Notes: a model not told the origin generated them from the sequence alone. A stretch of 64,000 nt of DNA from Actinomycetota bacterium (GCA_013178005.1 JABLXL010000006.1:5523-69522), one strand, 5' to 3'. Shown: positions 51,657-62,263, numbered from the stretch's first letter. Translations and numbers: made by a program.

Positions 51657-52778
51657 ATGAAGAAAAGAGGCGCTATTTACCTGACCCTTTTGATCGCGGT
51701 GTTCGTCGCCGCGCTGTCGCTCGCGGGATGCGGCGACAAGGGGGCCGAGGAGAAGGCATCCGGTCCGAAGACGACGCTGGTAACCGACCTCGCGGGGCGC
51801 GAAGTCGAGGTCACCGTGCCCGCGGAAAGGGTCACGGCCATAGGTCCCGGCGCACTTAGGCTGGTCTGCTACGCGGGATGCGACGACAAGGTGGTGGGGA
51901 TCGAGAACATGGAGAAACAGTGGTCCACCGGCAGGCCCTATATCATCGCCAATCCCGAGTTGCTGGACCTCCCGGTTATCGGGCAGGGGGGACCGGACTC
52001 CACGCCCGACCCGGAGATGCTGCTTAACGCGGATCCCGACGTCATTTTCGTCGCCTACCTGGTGGACGCTGCCAAGGCCGACGAGCTGCAGGCGAAGACG
52101 GGTATACCGGTGGTGGTGCTGAGCTACGGACAGCTTGGCACCTTCGACCAGGAGGTATACGACTCCATCGCCCTCATCGGGGAGATCACCGGCGAGACCG
52201 AGAAGGCGGAAGAGGTGATCGCTTACATCAAGGGGTGCCGGAAGGATCTGGAGGAGCGCACCGCGGACATCCCCGAAGATGAGAAGCCCAGGGTGTACGT
52301 GGGCGGCATCGGTATGAAGGGCACCCACGGGATCGAGAGCACCCAGGGCAACTTTCCCCCGCTGGCCTCCATCGGCGCCGTTAACGTGGCGGATGAGACG
52401 GGCAGCAAGGGGAGCGTGATGATAGACAAGGAAAAACTCATTGAATGGGATCCCGACATCATCTTCATCGACGAGTCCGGCCTGCAGATGGTGAGGGAAG
52501 ACTACGCTGGGAACCCGGGATTCTACCAGACCCTCAAGGCGGTGAAGGAGGGCAAGGTCTACGGCTACCTGCCATACAACTACTACACCACCAACATCGA
52601 CACCGCCATCGCCGACGCGTATTTCATGGGGAAGATCGTGTTCCCCGAGGCCTTCGAGGATGTCGATCCGGAGGAAAAAGCCGACGAGATCTACGAGTTC
52701 CTCCTGGGCAAGGCCTTGTATGCACAGATGGCCAAGGACTTCGGGGGCTTCCAGAAGATCGACTTGGCCGCCAAGTAG
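51657..52778 (+). CDS. Metal-chelate (FepB/BtuF-type) ABC substrate-binding lipoprotein
   Basis: Lipobox LAGC, TDLAGREV, GPGALRL, PDVIF, KAVKEGKVY. Confidence 0.9.
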   Translation: MKKRGAIYLTLLIAVFVAALSLAGCGDKGAEEKASGPKTTLVTDLAGREVEVTVPAERVTAIGPGALRLVCYAGCDDKVVGIENMEKQWSTGRPYIIANPELLDLPVIGQGGPDSTPDPEMLLNADPDVIFVAYLVDAAKADELQAKTGIPVVVLSYGQLGTFDQEVYDSIALIGEITGETEKAEEVIAYIKGCRKDLEERTADIPEDEKPRVYVGGIGMKGTHGIESTQGNFPPLASIGAVNVADETGSKGSVMIDKEKLIEWDPDIIFIDESGLQMVREDYAGNPGFYQTLKAVKEGKVYGYLPYNYYTTNIDTAIADAYFMGKIVFPEAFEDVDPEEKADEIYEFLLGKALYAQMAKDFGGFQKIDLAAK

Positions 52779-52916
52779 CAACCCGGCAAGCGGTTGCGAG
52801 CCGGGCGGGTCGGCGAGAGCAGCCGACAGCCTGGACTCGCGGCGGGCGGTCCCTTGAGAGGTCGCACGCCAGGCGCCGCCGCGGTACCGAAAGGGCAAGG
52901 GGAGAGGCTGGTGGAC

Positions 52917-53984
52917 ATGGCGCTCACGGAGTCCGTAAGAGAGTCATATCGCGTTTACACGCGACGGAAGGTGCTCTTCATCGCGGGAGTTGCCGTCGCC
53001 ACCCTGGCGCTGGGAGTGTTTTCCATGACCTTGGGCTCCGCGGGCGTCACTCCGCTGGAGGTGCTGAAGGCCCTCGTCGGACAGGCGGACCAGCGCACGG
53101 CGCAGATCGTCGTCCATATCAGGCTGGTGCGCGTGCTCGCGGCCGTTGTGGCCGGCATAGGGCTTTCGGTGGCTGGATGCATCATGCAGGGCGTGCTCTT
53201 GAACCCCCTTGCCTCCGACTATACCCTGGGGGTCTCGCAGGGGGCGGCCTTCGGCGCCGCCCTGGCCATCGTGGCCATGGGCGCGGGCAGCGTGCAGAGC
53301 ACGGGGGCGGACGCGGTGATCATCAGGAACCCCTACCTGGTAACCGTGGCCGCTTTCGTCGGAGCGATATCGGCCACCCTTGCCGTCCTTGTCCTTGCCA
53401 GGTATAAGGGGATATCCCCCGAGGCCATGATCCTGGCGGGCATAGCCTTCGGCTCGCTTTTCTCCGCGGGCACGGTGATCACACAGTACTTCGCCAACGA
53501 TGTGCAGGTGGCGTCCATCGTCTTCTGGACCTTCGGAGACATAGGCAGGGCTTCCTGGCAGGAACTGGCGATAATGTCCGCGGTCACCCTTCCCGTCGCG
53601 GCGTATTTCGTCCTCAACCGCTGGAATTACAACGCCCTGGAGAGCGGGGACGACACCGCCAAGAGCCTGGGGGTGAACGTGGGTCGCACGCGCATGGCGA
53701 GCATGTTCCTGGCCTCGCTGATAACCGCGGTGGCGGTTTCCTTCCTGGGCATCATCGCCTTCGTGGGGCTGGTGAGCCCGCACCTCGTCAGGCGCGTCAT
53801 CGGGAGCGATTACCGATACCTGATCCCCGGCGCTTGCGCCATGGGGGCATTGCTGCTCCTGGCCTCGGATACCCTGAGCAGGACCATCATCGCCCCAGTG
53901 GTGCTTCCGGTGGGAGCCATAACCTCCTTCATGGGCGCCCCCCTTTTCCTCTACCTGCTTGCCAAGGGTTACAGGAGGGCATGA
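52917..53984 (+). CDS. FecCD/BtuC family ABC permease
   Basis: IRLVR, NPLAS..TLGVSQGA, AKSLGV, FVGLVSPH, LPVGAIT. Confidence 0.92.
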   Translation: MALTESVRESYRVYTRRKVLFIAGVAVATLALGVFSMTLGSAGVTPLEVLKALVGQADQRTAQIVVHIRLVRVLAAVVAGIGLSVAGCIMQGVLLNPLASDYTLGVSQGAAFGAALAIVAMGAGSVQSTGADAVIIRNPYLVTVAAFVGAISATLAVLVLARYKGISPEAMILAGIAFGSLFSAGTVITQYFANDVQVASIVFWTFGDIGRASWQELAIMSAVTLPVAAYFVLNRWNYNALESGDDTAKSLGVNVGRTRMASMFLASLITAVAVSFLGIIAFVGLVSPHLVRRVIGSDYRYLIPGACAMGALLLLASDTLSRTIIAPVVLPVGAITSFMGAPLFLYLLAKGYRRA

Positions 53985-54799
53985 TGCTTACGGTGGAGGG
54001 CATAGTTTTCAGCTACGGCGTCAGGTTGGTGCTGGATTCGATCTCCCTCGAGGTCGCCGAGGGCGAGATCTGCTCCATCATGGGAAACAACGGAGCGGGA
54101 AAGAGCACTTTGCTCAAGTGCATCCTGGGCGTCCTGCGCCCGCGCGCCGGCGTGGTGTACCTCTCGGGGGATGACGCCTCTCGCATGGCCCGCATGGAGC
54201 TGGCGCGCCGCATGGGGTACGTGGCGCAGAGGGACGGCCAGGGGGCAAGACTCACGGTGTTCGACGCGGTGCTCATGGGCCGAAGGCCGCATATCGGCTG
54301 GGCGGCGGGCGCCAGGGATCTGGAGGTCGTGGAGGAGGTCATAAGCGAGCTCAACCTCGGGCACCTGGCCCTCCGCCACCTGGACGAGCTCAGCGGCGGG
54401 GAATTGCAGAAGGTGATGATCGCGAGGGCGCTGGCCCAGGAACCGGGAATACTGCTGCTGGACGAGCCCACCAGCAACCTGGACTTGAGGAACCAGCTCG
54501 AGGTGATGGAGACGTTGGGGAGGGCGGTGGAGGAGAGGGGCATCGCGGCCTTGATGGCCATCCACGACGTCAACCTCGCCCTGCGCTTCTCGCGCAAGTT
54601 CATCCTGCTTTGCGGCGGCTCCGTCTTCGCATGCGGGGGCCCGGAGGTCATAGACGAGGAAAGCATGGAGAAAGTCTACGGCGTGAAAGTGGAGGTGGAG
54701 ACGCGGGGCGGCTTGAGGATGGTGGTGCCGGTGAGCGCGTGTTGCGTGGCCGGGGTAAATGGCGAGAGGAAAGGGACGAGAGATGGCGAACGAGTTTGA
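53981..54799 (+). CDS. FepC/BtuD-type ABC ATPase
   Basis: GNNGAGKST, LSGGELQ, LLDEPT, HDVNLA. Confidence 0.92.
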   Translation: MMLTVEGIVFSYGVRLVLDSISLEVAEGEICSIMGNNGAGKSTLLKCILGVLRPRAGVVYLSGDDASRMARMELARRMGYVAQRDGQGARLTVFDAVLMGRRPHIGWAAGARDLEVVEEVISELNLGHLALRHLDELSGGELQKVMIARALAQEPGILLLDEPTSNLDLRNQLEVMETLGRAVEERGIAALMAIHDVNLALRFSRKFILLCGGSVFACGGPEVIDEESMEKVYGVKVEVETRGGLRMVVPVSACCVAGVNGERKGTRDGERV

Positions 54800-55364
54800 C
54801 GCGTGCGGGTTGCGCGAGGGGATGGAGTTGAAAGCAATCGGGGTGATCAGGTCGCCCTACCGCACCATGGACGAGGCACCTTTCCAGGGGCGTTTCTCCA
54901 ACGAGGAAGCGGAGTTGTGCATATTCGAGGAATACGCGGAAGGCCTCAAGGACGTGGAGGCATCGCGCTACCTCATCCTCCTCTACTGGGGGCACCTGGC
55001 GGACCGGAGCGTGCTTCAGACCGTCACCCCCTGGGGTCCGGAAGTGCGCGGCGTATTTGCCTGCCGGTCGCCTTCGCGGCCGAACCCGGTGGAGTTCTGC
55101 GTGGTGGAGCTCCTGGAAAGAAAAGGGAACCGCCTGCGGGTACGCGGCATGGACGCCGTGGACGGAAGCGCCATCGTCGACATCAAGCCCTACAGCGCGA
55201 GGATAGACTCCGTTCCTGGGGCTGGAATCGGCTGGTTCGAGGAGAAGGACGGCCGGTGGCCGCCGGCGGGCCGTGGAGACGAAGCAAGCGCCGCCGGCCC
55301 CGGAAAGGAGGGCGACCACGGTGCGGTGAACGTGGAAGGCGAAGGTGACGCGGAGGTGGTATGA
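54783..55364 (+). CDS. TsaA/TrmO (YaeB)-like SAM-binding protein
   Basis: IGVIRSPY, GVFACRSPSRPNP, DAVDGS.IVDIKPY. Confidence 0.88.
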   Translation: MANEFDACGLREGMELKAIGVIRSPYRTMDEAPFQGRFSNEEAELCIFEEYAEGLKDVEASRYLILLYWGHLADRSVLQTVTPWGPEVRGVFACRSPSRPNPVEFCVVELLERKGNRLRVRGMDAVDGSAIVDIKPYSARIDSVPGAGIGWFEEKDGRWPPAGRGDEASAAGPGKEGDHGAVNVEGEGDAEVV

Positions 55365-55365
55365 A

Positions 55366-55941
55366 ATGGAACTGAGACCCGATCAATTCAAGCTCATGCT
55401 GCCCCTGCCGGTTACGGTGATAACCACCGTGGACGGCCATGGGGTGGCGAACGCGGCGCCCTATGGTTGCGTCATGCCCATCCTGAGACCCCTTGACCTG
55501 GTGGCCATCGCCTCCGCCCTCCCGCGCCACACCCTTCACAACATCAGGGAAACGGGGGAGTTCGTGATCAACGTCATCGGGGCGCCGTCCTTCGAGAAGG
55601 CCATGCTCACCGCGAGGAACTATCCCCCGGAAGTGGATGAGCTGCAAGAGGTAGGCCTGGAGACCTCGCCATCCAGGACCGTCGCGCCCCCCAGGATCAA
55701 TGACGCCCTGGGTTGGATAGAGGCGACCCTCGATCGAGAGGTCACGGGGAAGAACTACAGCCTGGTGATCGGGAAGGTGCTGTGCGCGGAGATCAACGAC
55801 CGCTTCTGCAGCGACGGCCGCCTGGCCGAGCCCCCCGCCCTGATGCTGAGCCCCTACTACCATCTTCTGGGAGGGCGCATCGGCGATGTGCGCGAGACCA
55901 TGAAGCTCTTCCTGGGCGACCAGCCGCCGCAAGGCGAATGA
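55366..55941 (+). CDS. Flavin reductase-like (flavoredoxin) protein
   Basis: PVTVITT, NAAPY, HTLHNIRETGEFVIN, VAPPRI. Confidence 0.88.
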   Translation: MELRPDQFKLMLPLPVTVITTVDGHGVANAAPYGCVMPILRPLDLVAIASALPRHTLHNIRETGEFVINVIGAPSFEKAMLTARNYPPEVDELQEVGLETSPSRTVAPPRINDALGWIEATLDREVTGKNYSLVIGKVLCAEINDRFCSDGRLAEPPALMLSPYYHLLGGRIGDVRETMKLFLGDQPPQGE

Positions 55942-56020
55942 CCTGAGCGGCGCAGTGAAAGGGGAGAGAGGCGCATCCGGTGCGCTGGTAATGCCACGGG
56001 AAGTGGAGGCCGTTTACGGA

Positions 56021-58435
56021 TCAAAGATCGGATTTCGTTATGCGGATGCCGCGGGAGAGCTCGTCGGCCGCGTATTTACGAATCTCCTTCCCGTTGATCA
56101 CCAGGCCGAGGGGCCGGTCGTTCTCCAGTTTGAACCTGAGCAGCGCGTCGCGCGGCGAGGGGAGCAGGTCAGCGACCTCCAGCCTCATCCCGTCATCGTC
56201 CAGCTTGAATTCCCGCACCGCGAAACCGTCGATGCCGAAGGCGTGCCTGGCGGGTATGTCCACGTATATATCGCCATGGGCCGGGAGGATGCGGGCCGCC
56301 GCGTAAAGGGATGAACCCGCGCCCCAGTCCAGCATGAGGTAACCGGGGGTGGGGACATCGTAGCCGAAGTGGGCGTAGTTCTCCTCGATGGCGCCCCGCA
56401 CCGAGGGGCGCAAGGGCACATACGGCTCTTTCCCGAGATACATGGTGGTGAAGCACGCGCGCAGGGCGGCGACCCCGCGCTCGAAGAGCTCGCGCTCGCC
56501 CGTGGCGTGGTAATAGTCGACGAGCAAGGGGGCGACGAGTCCCTGGCGCGCGTCGTTCCATTCCGCGTCGGTGTTCTGTGAGGCGAAGCCGCCGAAGGCA
56601 TCTATGGAAAGAAAAGGCGGGCTCCATACCTGGTGGTAGGCGAGGAGGCGGTCGAGTGCCTTCCTTCCTGCCTCAAGGTAGCAGTCCTCGCCGCAGGCAC
56701 GGTAAAGGTGCAGCAGGGCCGCCGCGGTCCAGTACATGCACATGGTGTTCTCGGGTCGGCAGCCGCTGCGCGGATCCACCCACCCCACCGGCTTGGGCGA
56801 ACACGAGAAGAAGGCCTCGTAATCGTACCACGTGTTGGAGTCCACCACCTCGCGGATGAGGAAATCGCCGCCGTCCCGCGCGCTCGCCAGGCATTCCTCG
56901 TCCCCGGTGAGCGAGGCCAGCAGGGAGAGGAACATCACCGCCGGCGCCGATTCCGCGCTCTCCGCGAGGCAGGGATCGATGACCGGCCCGCCTCGCCTGT
57001 AGGCGACCCAGGCGGGGAAGGCTCCGCTGGGGCGCTGGAGCGAGATCACGGCTCGCGCCTGCGCGCGGCAGGCCTCCAGGGCTTCTGAACCTTCCTCGGA
57101 CATATCCTCGTTTGTCGTGCCGCCCTCGAGGTCGCGCAGCCATTCCAGGAGGTGAAAACCGGTGGTGCAGCTGTCCGCGAGGTGGTAGCGGTCGAACACG
57201 GTGAAGCCGCGCGTCCCCTCGCGCCAGACCAGCTGGTCCCCCACCAGGTAAAGGACGGCGGGGAAGAGGCCGTGCAGGCGGGGCGAGGCAAGCGCGAGAT
57301 CGCGCACCAACGCTGCCCGTCGCGCCAGCTCATCGTCCCCGCGCTCCCGCGCCAGCCAGGCCGCTCCGTACGCCGAACGCAGGTTGCAGAACCAGCCCTG
57401 GAACTCGATCGCCGAGGGGGAGGCGCCCGGGTTTGACCCCAGGGTCTTGCGCAAGAGGCGGTAAAGGAGGGGGCGGTTGGTGACATGCGCCGCCCCGAAG
57501 CGCAGTATCCAGGCGTAAAGGCCGGGCAGGCGGATGAAGGCTGTGTTGGTGAGCCTGTCCTTCCTCAAGGGCGGGTGCTTGGAGTTCATGTTGTAGGCGT
57601 AACCGCCCCCACACCTCCTTCCGCCCACTTCCATCTCCACCCAGTTCTCCTCGTTATGGAAAGCCCATGTTCCCGCGAGATCGGTCAGCTCCGCCAGGGG
57701 AAGCGTCTGGGGACCGGGCTCCTGGGAGCGGGGCCTTCCGAAGCGATCCCAGAGGAAGGAGTTGACGCGGCGGTGCAGGGCGGCGCCGCCTCCCGTGGAG
57801 GCGAAAAGGTAATAGGCGAACACGATCTCCCGTCCCCTCTCCAGGGCGAAGCCCGGCAAAGAGCGGGTGTTGAAGTACACATGCCCCTTCACCCGGTGGC
57901 CCATTATGCCGTAGGAAAAGGTTTCCCCTTCCAGAGCCATCGCGGTTCGCAAGCCGGCCTTGTTCAAGGCGGCCAGGGACTCCAGGTCTGGAACCAGAGC
58001 CAGCGTCGCCGCCTCTCCCTCCAGGATGATGCAGGGGGAGCGGAAGACCTGGTCGGGCGCCACCATTCCCGGCTTGGGGTGGAGGTGGGGGACGAAACGG
58101 AAGCGACCCTCCTCCGCGCCGCCCGCCACATGGAAGGAAACGGCGTAACGGGAAAGCCTGAGACCGCGCTTGGCGCGCAAGGTGTGCTGGATCCTAAAGC
58201 ACCCCCCGCCAAGATCCTCTGTGGTGGTTTCGCAATCAATGAGCGCCTGCGCGGAAACGCCCTTCATGTAAGAGGTCAAACTCCATGCCTCGACGGTCGC
58301 GGCGGGAGCCTCGGCCACCTTTATCTCACCGTCCCAGTCCTCGAGGTAAAGGGCCATGGAGGTTTCGTGCCCCTCGCCATGGCGGGCCAGGCGGAACATA
58401 CCGTAATCTTCCAGGCTGTTTTTCATGGGCCTCAT
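56021..58435 (-). CDS. Large hypothetical protein with a probable alpha/alpha toroid (six-hairpin glycosidase-like) C-terminal region
   Basis: 804-aa ORF with repeated LYxxTG...L helix-pair patterns and FGGFASQNTDAEWNDARQ. Fold is inferred. Confidence 0.6.
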   Translation of the reverse strand: MRPMKNSLEDYGMFRLARHGEGHETSMALYLEDWDGEIKVAEAPAATVEAWSLTSYMKGVSAQALIDCETTTEDLGGGCFRIQHTLRAKRGLRLSRYAVSFHVAGGAEEGRFRFVPHLHPKPGMVAPDQVFRSPCIILEGEAATLALVPDLESLAALNKAGLRTAMALEGETFSYGIMGHRVKGHVYFNTRSLPGFALERGREIVFAYYLFASTGGGAALHRRVNSFLWDRFGRPRSQEPGPQTLPLAELTDLAGTWAFHNEENWVEMEVGGRRCGGGYAYNMNSKHPPLRKDRLTNTAFIRLPGLYAWILRFGAAHVTNRPLLYRLLRKTLGSNPGASPSAIEFQGWFCNLRSAYGAAWLARERGDDELARRAALVRDLALASPRLHGLFPAVLYLVGDQLVWREGTRGFTVFDRYHLADSCTTGFHLLEWLRDLEGGTTNEDMSEEGSEALEACRAQARAVISLQRPSGAFPAWVAYRRGGPVIDPCLAESAESAPAVMFLSLLASLTGDEECLASARDGGDFLIREVVDSNTWYDYEAFFSCSPKPVGWVDPRSGCRPENTMCMYWTAAALLHLYRACGEDCYLEAGRKALDRLLAYHQVWSPPFLSIDAFGGFASQNTDAEWNDARQGLVAPLLVDYYHATGERELFERGVAALRACFTTMYLGKEPYVPLRPSVRGAIEENYAHFGYDVPTPGYLMLDWGAGSSLYAAARILPAHGDIYVDIPARHAFGIDGFAVREFKLDDDGMRLEVADLLPSPRDALLRFKLENDRPLGLVINGKEIRKYAADELSRGIRITKSDL

Positions 58436-58901
58436 CCCCCTTGCGCACTCGTTGGACAGCCGGAGTCATAGCGTATGTACCACGATCTCATTCTACAGGA
58501 AATGTGCCCGAAAACGTCATGGTTCCCTGATGGGCGCAGGCGGGGAACGGCTGTCTTGCCCGCAAGTTACGGATGGCTGCAATAATATTGCAATGCTATC
58601 GTAATTTACCCTCCTATTTGGCTGTCGCATCCCAACAATGATTATTGCGCTTATTGAACAGCGCCACGTAATTGGCGCCGTCGAATCTGGGTGGGAGCAT
58701 GCGGAGAACAGGAGGATGGATTCATTGCCGATTCGGTGGTTACCCGAGCCTGTCAGTCTCTTGTGCTCACATGCAGTGGGGAAGGGTTTGCAAGGTTCTC
58801 CGCAATGGATCCGGAAAGGAGAATATTCATCTGCTAAGAGCGCCCTATATCTCTCTGCCCCCGCGTATGCCTTCCGAGGCCAGGACCCGGAAAAAGCTTC
58901 T

Positions 58902-59495
58902 TCAGTTACGGGCGGCGAGCCCGTAGATTAAATAATCGGCTATCGCCTCGGCCACCCGTGGCACGTCCACGTTCTTTTTATAGAGGAACAGGTGAAGCCC
59001 CAGGTGCTGGGGCGCCCCCGCCACCATGGTCGCCACTACGTCCACGTCCAGCGGCCGGAACATGCCCATCTCGATGCCGCGGTTTATAAGCATCTTCACT
59101 AGCTCGTCCACTCGCTGTTGCCATTCCAAGATGCGGTAATCGATCTCGGGGTTCATCCCCATTACTTCCTGGATGTAAATGGCGCTGAACTCGAGGTTCT
59201 CGGCGAAGAAGTTATAGAGTTGGATAAAGGCGTTCTTGGTTTTCTCCTTGAGTTCTTCCAGGTTGTTAGGCATCTCCGCGAACTCCCTGGCCGCGATCTC
59301 GAACATGTTGTTTAGGATGGTGTCCACCAGCTCCAGGAAGAGATCCTTCTTGCTGTCGAAGTAGCTGTAGAAGGTGGCCCGGGCGACGTGGGCTTCCTGC
59401 AGGATATCCTCGACGGAGCAACGCTGGAAACCCTTGCGGGAGAAGATACGTATCCCGGCGTTTACGATATCCGCTCTCTTGTCTCGTCTGGGCAA
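58902..59495 (-). CDS. TetR/AcrR family transcriptional regulator
   Basis: IFSRKGF...SVEDI...VARATFYSYFDSKKDL helix-turn-helix; AGGAGG RBS before the TTG start. Confidence 0.93.
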   Translation of the reverse strand: MPRRDKRADIVNAGIRIFSRKGFQRCSVEDILQEAHVARATFYSYFDSKKDLFLELVDTILNNMFEIAAREFAEMPNNLEELKEKTKNAFIQLYNFFAENLEFSAIYIQEVMGMNPEIDYRILEWQQRVDELVKMLINRGIEMGMFRPLDVDVVATMVAGAPQHLGLHLFLYKKNVDVPRVAEAIADYLIYGLAARN

Positions 59496-59774
59496 TTTGC
59501 GTCCTCCTTATTCGTATCCAACTGAACGAGTATATACGTTTTATACATTTTCGCCGCTCGGTATGGGTTTTGTCAATTCGTGTGTTTAACCCTAAATTCG
59601 CTTTATGCTGGGTAAAGACTAAGCGGAGTCCGTTCACCTGCGTTAAAACTGTCAGGATGGCCGCAGAAGGGCGCGAAGGCGCGCAGGAAGGAAGAAGGCG
59701 AGCGGGCGTGTTAAGCTCATAGCGTCGATGGTCAATGGTTAGGCGAACGGGAGGTTCTTCGGGAGAGACGACGG

Positions 59775-60476
59775 ATGAAGGGCTCGGAACAAGGCGAAAA
59801 GCGTGGTGGCGAGGAGAAGGTTCGCGCGATTGACAGCCGGCTGCTCAAATGTTACGGCGACCGCCCATGGAGCCCGCGGTTTCCGTCGCTCCTCGACGGC
59901 CTGGTGCACACCATCCTTTCCCAGAACACCAGCGACGTAAACTCCCACCGCGCCTTCGACGAGCTCAAGAAACGTTTTCCCGAATGGGAGGAAGCGGCGA
60001 GCTCACCCGTCGACGGCGTTGAGGCGGCGATCAGGAGCGGGGGAATATCTCGCGTGAAGGCGGAGCGCATCAAGGCCATATTGGGGATGTTGCGCGCGCG
60101 CTCGGGGTCCTTTTCCCTGGAGTTCCTCGGGGACATGGAGGCGAGCGAGGCCCTTGCTTACCTCCTCGACTTACCGGGGGTGGGGAGGAAGACCGCGGCG
60201 GTGCTGCTCCTCTTCCAGCTAGGGTACCCGTTTTTTCCCGTGGACACCCATATCCTTCGGGTCGGAAAGCGGCTCGGTTTGATGCCGGCAAAGGCTACGC
60301 CGGAGAGGGCGCATGATATCATGGACGAGGCGGTGCCAGACGATATAAAGTTCAGGCTGCATATCAACCTGATCGAACACGGAAGGCGGGTTTGCAAGGC
60401 GAGGAAACCGCTTTGCTCCAAATGTTGTCTAAAGGAGATATGCCCGCGGATCGGCATCGAGCCGGTTGAGGCTTGA
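59775..60476 (+). CDS. nth: Endonuclease III-family HhH-GPD DNA glycosylase
   Basis: ILSQNT, LPGVGRKTA, PVDTH, C-x6-C-x2-C-x5-C Fe-S motif. Confidence 0.88.
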   Translation: MKGSEQGEKRGGEEKVRAIDSRLLKCYGDRPWSPRFPSLLDGLVHTILSQNTSDVNSHRAFDELKKRFPEWEEAASSPVDGVEAAIRSGGISRVKAERIKAILGMLRARSGSFSLEFLGDMEASEALAYLLDLPGVGRKTAAVLLLFQLGYPFFPVDTHILRVGKRLGLMPAKATPERAHDIMDEAVPDDIKFRLHINLIEHGRRVCKARKPLCSKCCLKEICPRIGIEPVEA

Positions 60477-60576
60477 GCGGCTGCTCGTGGCGGCTCGCGC
60501 GCAAGGGTCGATCGGCGGGAAGGATTGCAAGCGGCTAACGGCTGAGGGGGTCTCCTCGGAAAGGGAACGTGAGAAT

Positions 60577-62112
60577 ATGCGCAGGGTAATTCCCATATTT
60601 GCGGCCTCGGTAGCGGCGCTCCTGGTCTTCGTGCCCTTCGCCCTCGCCCAGGGCACGAGCGCCCAGATCGAAGAGGTCTTCGCCCAGACGGAGGCAATAA
60701 GGAGGCTGCAGGCGAGTCCCGACATAAAAGTGAATTTCCTTTCCAGGGAGCAACTCGAGGAACGCATGATCGAGGATTTCGAGAAGGACAACCCCGAGGA
60801 GGAGATGAAGGACGCCGAGGAGATCATGGAGTTGCTGGGGTTCATCGACCCGGATCTCGACCTGAAGGACTTCTACATCGACCTCCTCACCGAACAGGTG
60901 GCGGGCTTCTACGACCCCGAGGACGACGGCCTGTACCTCATCTCCGAGGAACGTGAGTCCATGAGCGTTATGGACCGCTACACCCTGGCGCACGAGTTCG
61001 TCCACTACCTGCAGGACGCCAACTTCGACCTCATGCGGCCACCCTTTCACGACCCGGAGGGCGCCGAAGCGGAAACCGACGACGACGCCTCCTTCGCCGC
61101 CACCTGCCTGGTGGAGGGAGACGCCATGATCGCCTCGGAGTTTTGGCTCACGGAATACGTGGATGTGTCCGAGATGCTGGAGATGCAGCTGGAAAGCGGT
61201 GATTACTCCAGCGAGGTGCTGGACAGCGCCCCCGATTACATCCGTGACGGCCTGCTATTCCCATACACGGAGGGCGCGGAGTTCGTGAGGTACATACACA
61301 AGAGGGGAGGGTTCGCGGCCGTTGACGCCGCCTTCTCCGACCCGCCCACCACCACGGAGCAGATCTACCACCCCGAGAAATACGTCGAGGGCGAGGGGGC
61401 TGTAGCGGTGGACCTCGAGGACCTTTCCGATACCCTGGGGGAGGGCTTCGAGCTGGATTACGAAAACGTGCTGGGCGAGTTCGACGTCTACGAGCTTTTC
61501 AAGCCCTACATGCGCGAGAAGGCGGCTACCCGCGCCGCGGAGGGGTGGGGAGGAAACAATTACCATTACTACAGCAACGGGGGCGGGGGCAAGCTGCTGG
61601 TACAGGAATACGCCTGGGACAGCGAAAAGGACGCGCAGGAATTCGCCTCGGCTTATCTCGTTTACGTGGAGGGGCTTTTCGGGGATGAAGCCAGGAAAGG
61701 CGATTCCACAGGAGCCTGGACTACCTGGAGGACCAGGGACTATTTCATCGGCATGAAGCTCGATGGCGACAGGACCTGGCTGGTGCAATCCACGGAGGAT
61801 ATGCCTTTCCAAAAGACCATCGCCTTCCTGGGCGGGGAAGGGGACGCCATCGAGGGAGGAGCGCTTGAAGATGAGGGGAGCGGTTCGGGCGCGGAAACCG
61901 ACCTCACCTGGCTTGTGGTTGCCCTGGTGGTGGGCCTGTTGGTGTTGGGCCTCGCCCTGGTGGTTACCATGCTGGTGATGTACCGCAAGCCGCCCAGGCC
62001 GCCCGCTCCGCCCTCCGGGATTTCGCGCGGGCCATACTATTATCCCCCGCCTCCTCCCCCTCCCTCGAACGTCCCGCCTCCCCCGGGAATGCCCCCTACG
62101 CCCCCTACCTAG
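60577..62112 (+). CDS. Membrane-anchored extracellular zincin-like metallopeptidase with Pro-rich cytoplasmic tail
   Basis: Signal peptide, GFYDP, HEFVH plus downstream EGDA, PPTTTEQIYHPEKY, C-terminal TM helix and poly-Pro. Confidence 0.75.
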   Translation: MRRVIPIFAASVAALLVFVPFALAQGTSAQIEEVFAQTEAIRRLQASPDIKVNFLSREQLEERMIEDFEKDNPEEEMKDAEEIMELLGFIDPDLDLKDFYIDLLTEQVAGFYDPEDDGLYLISEERESMSVMDRYTLAHEFVHYLQDANFDLMRPPFHDPEGAEAETDDDASFAATCLVEGDAMIASEFWLTEYVDVSEMLEMQLESGDYSSEVLDSAPDYIRDGLLFPYTEGAEFVRYIHKRGGFAAVDAAFSDPPTTTEQIYHPEKYVEGEGAVAVDLEDLSDTLGEGFELDYENVLGEFDVYELFKPYMREKAATRAAEGWGGNNYHYYSNGGGGKLLVQEYAWDSEKDAQEFASAYLVYVEGLFGDEARKGDSTGAWTTWRTRDYFIGMKLDGDRTWLVQSTEDMPFQKTIAFLGGEGDAIEGGALEDEGSGSGAETDLTWLVVALVVGLLVLGLALVVTMLVMYRKPPRPPAPPSGISRGPYYYPPPPPPPSNVPPPPGMPPTPPT

Positions 62113-62263
62113 GTCGCCGCCCCGGGTGATTCGACCATGCCGCCATACCAGGATCCCGCGCCTGGAATACCTCCCGCACCGCCGACCCAAATCGTTCCTC
62201 CCGGTGGCCAGGCCGCTCCGACCTAATGGAAGACCACCCTGTTATCATGACTGCTTTCCCTTC

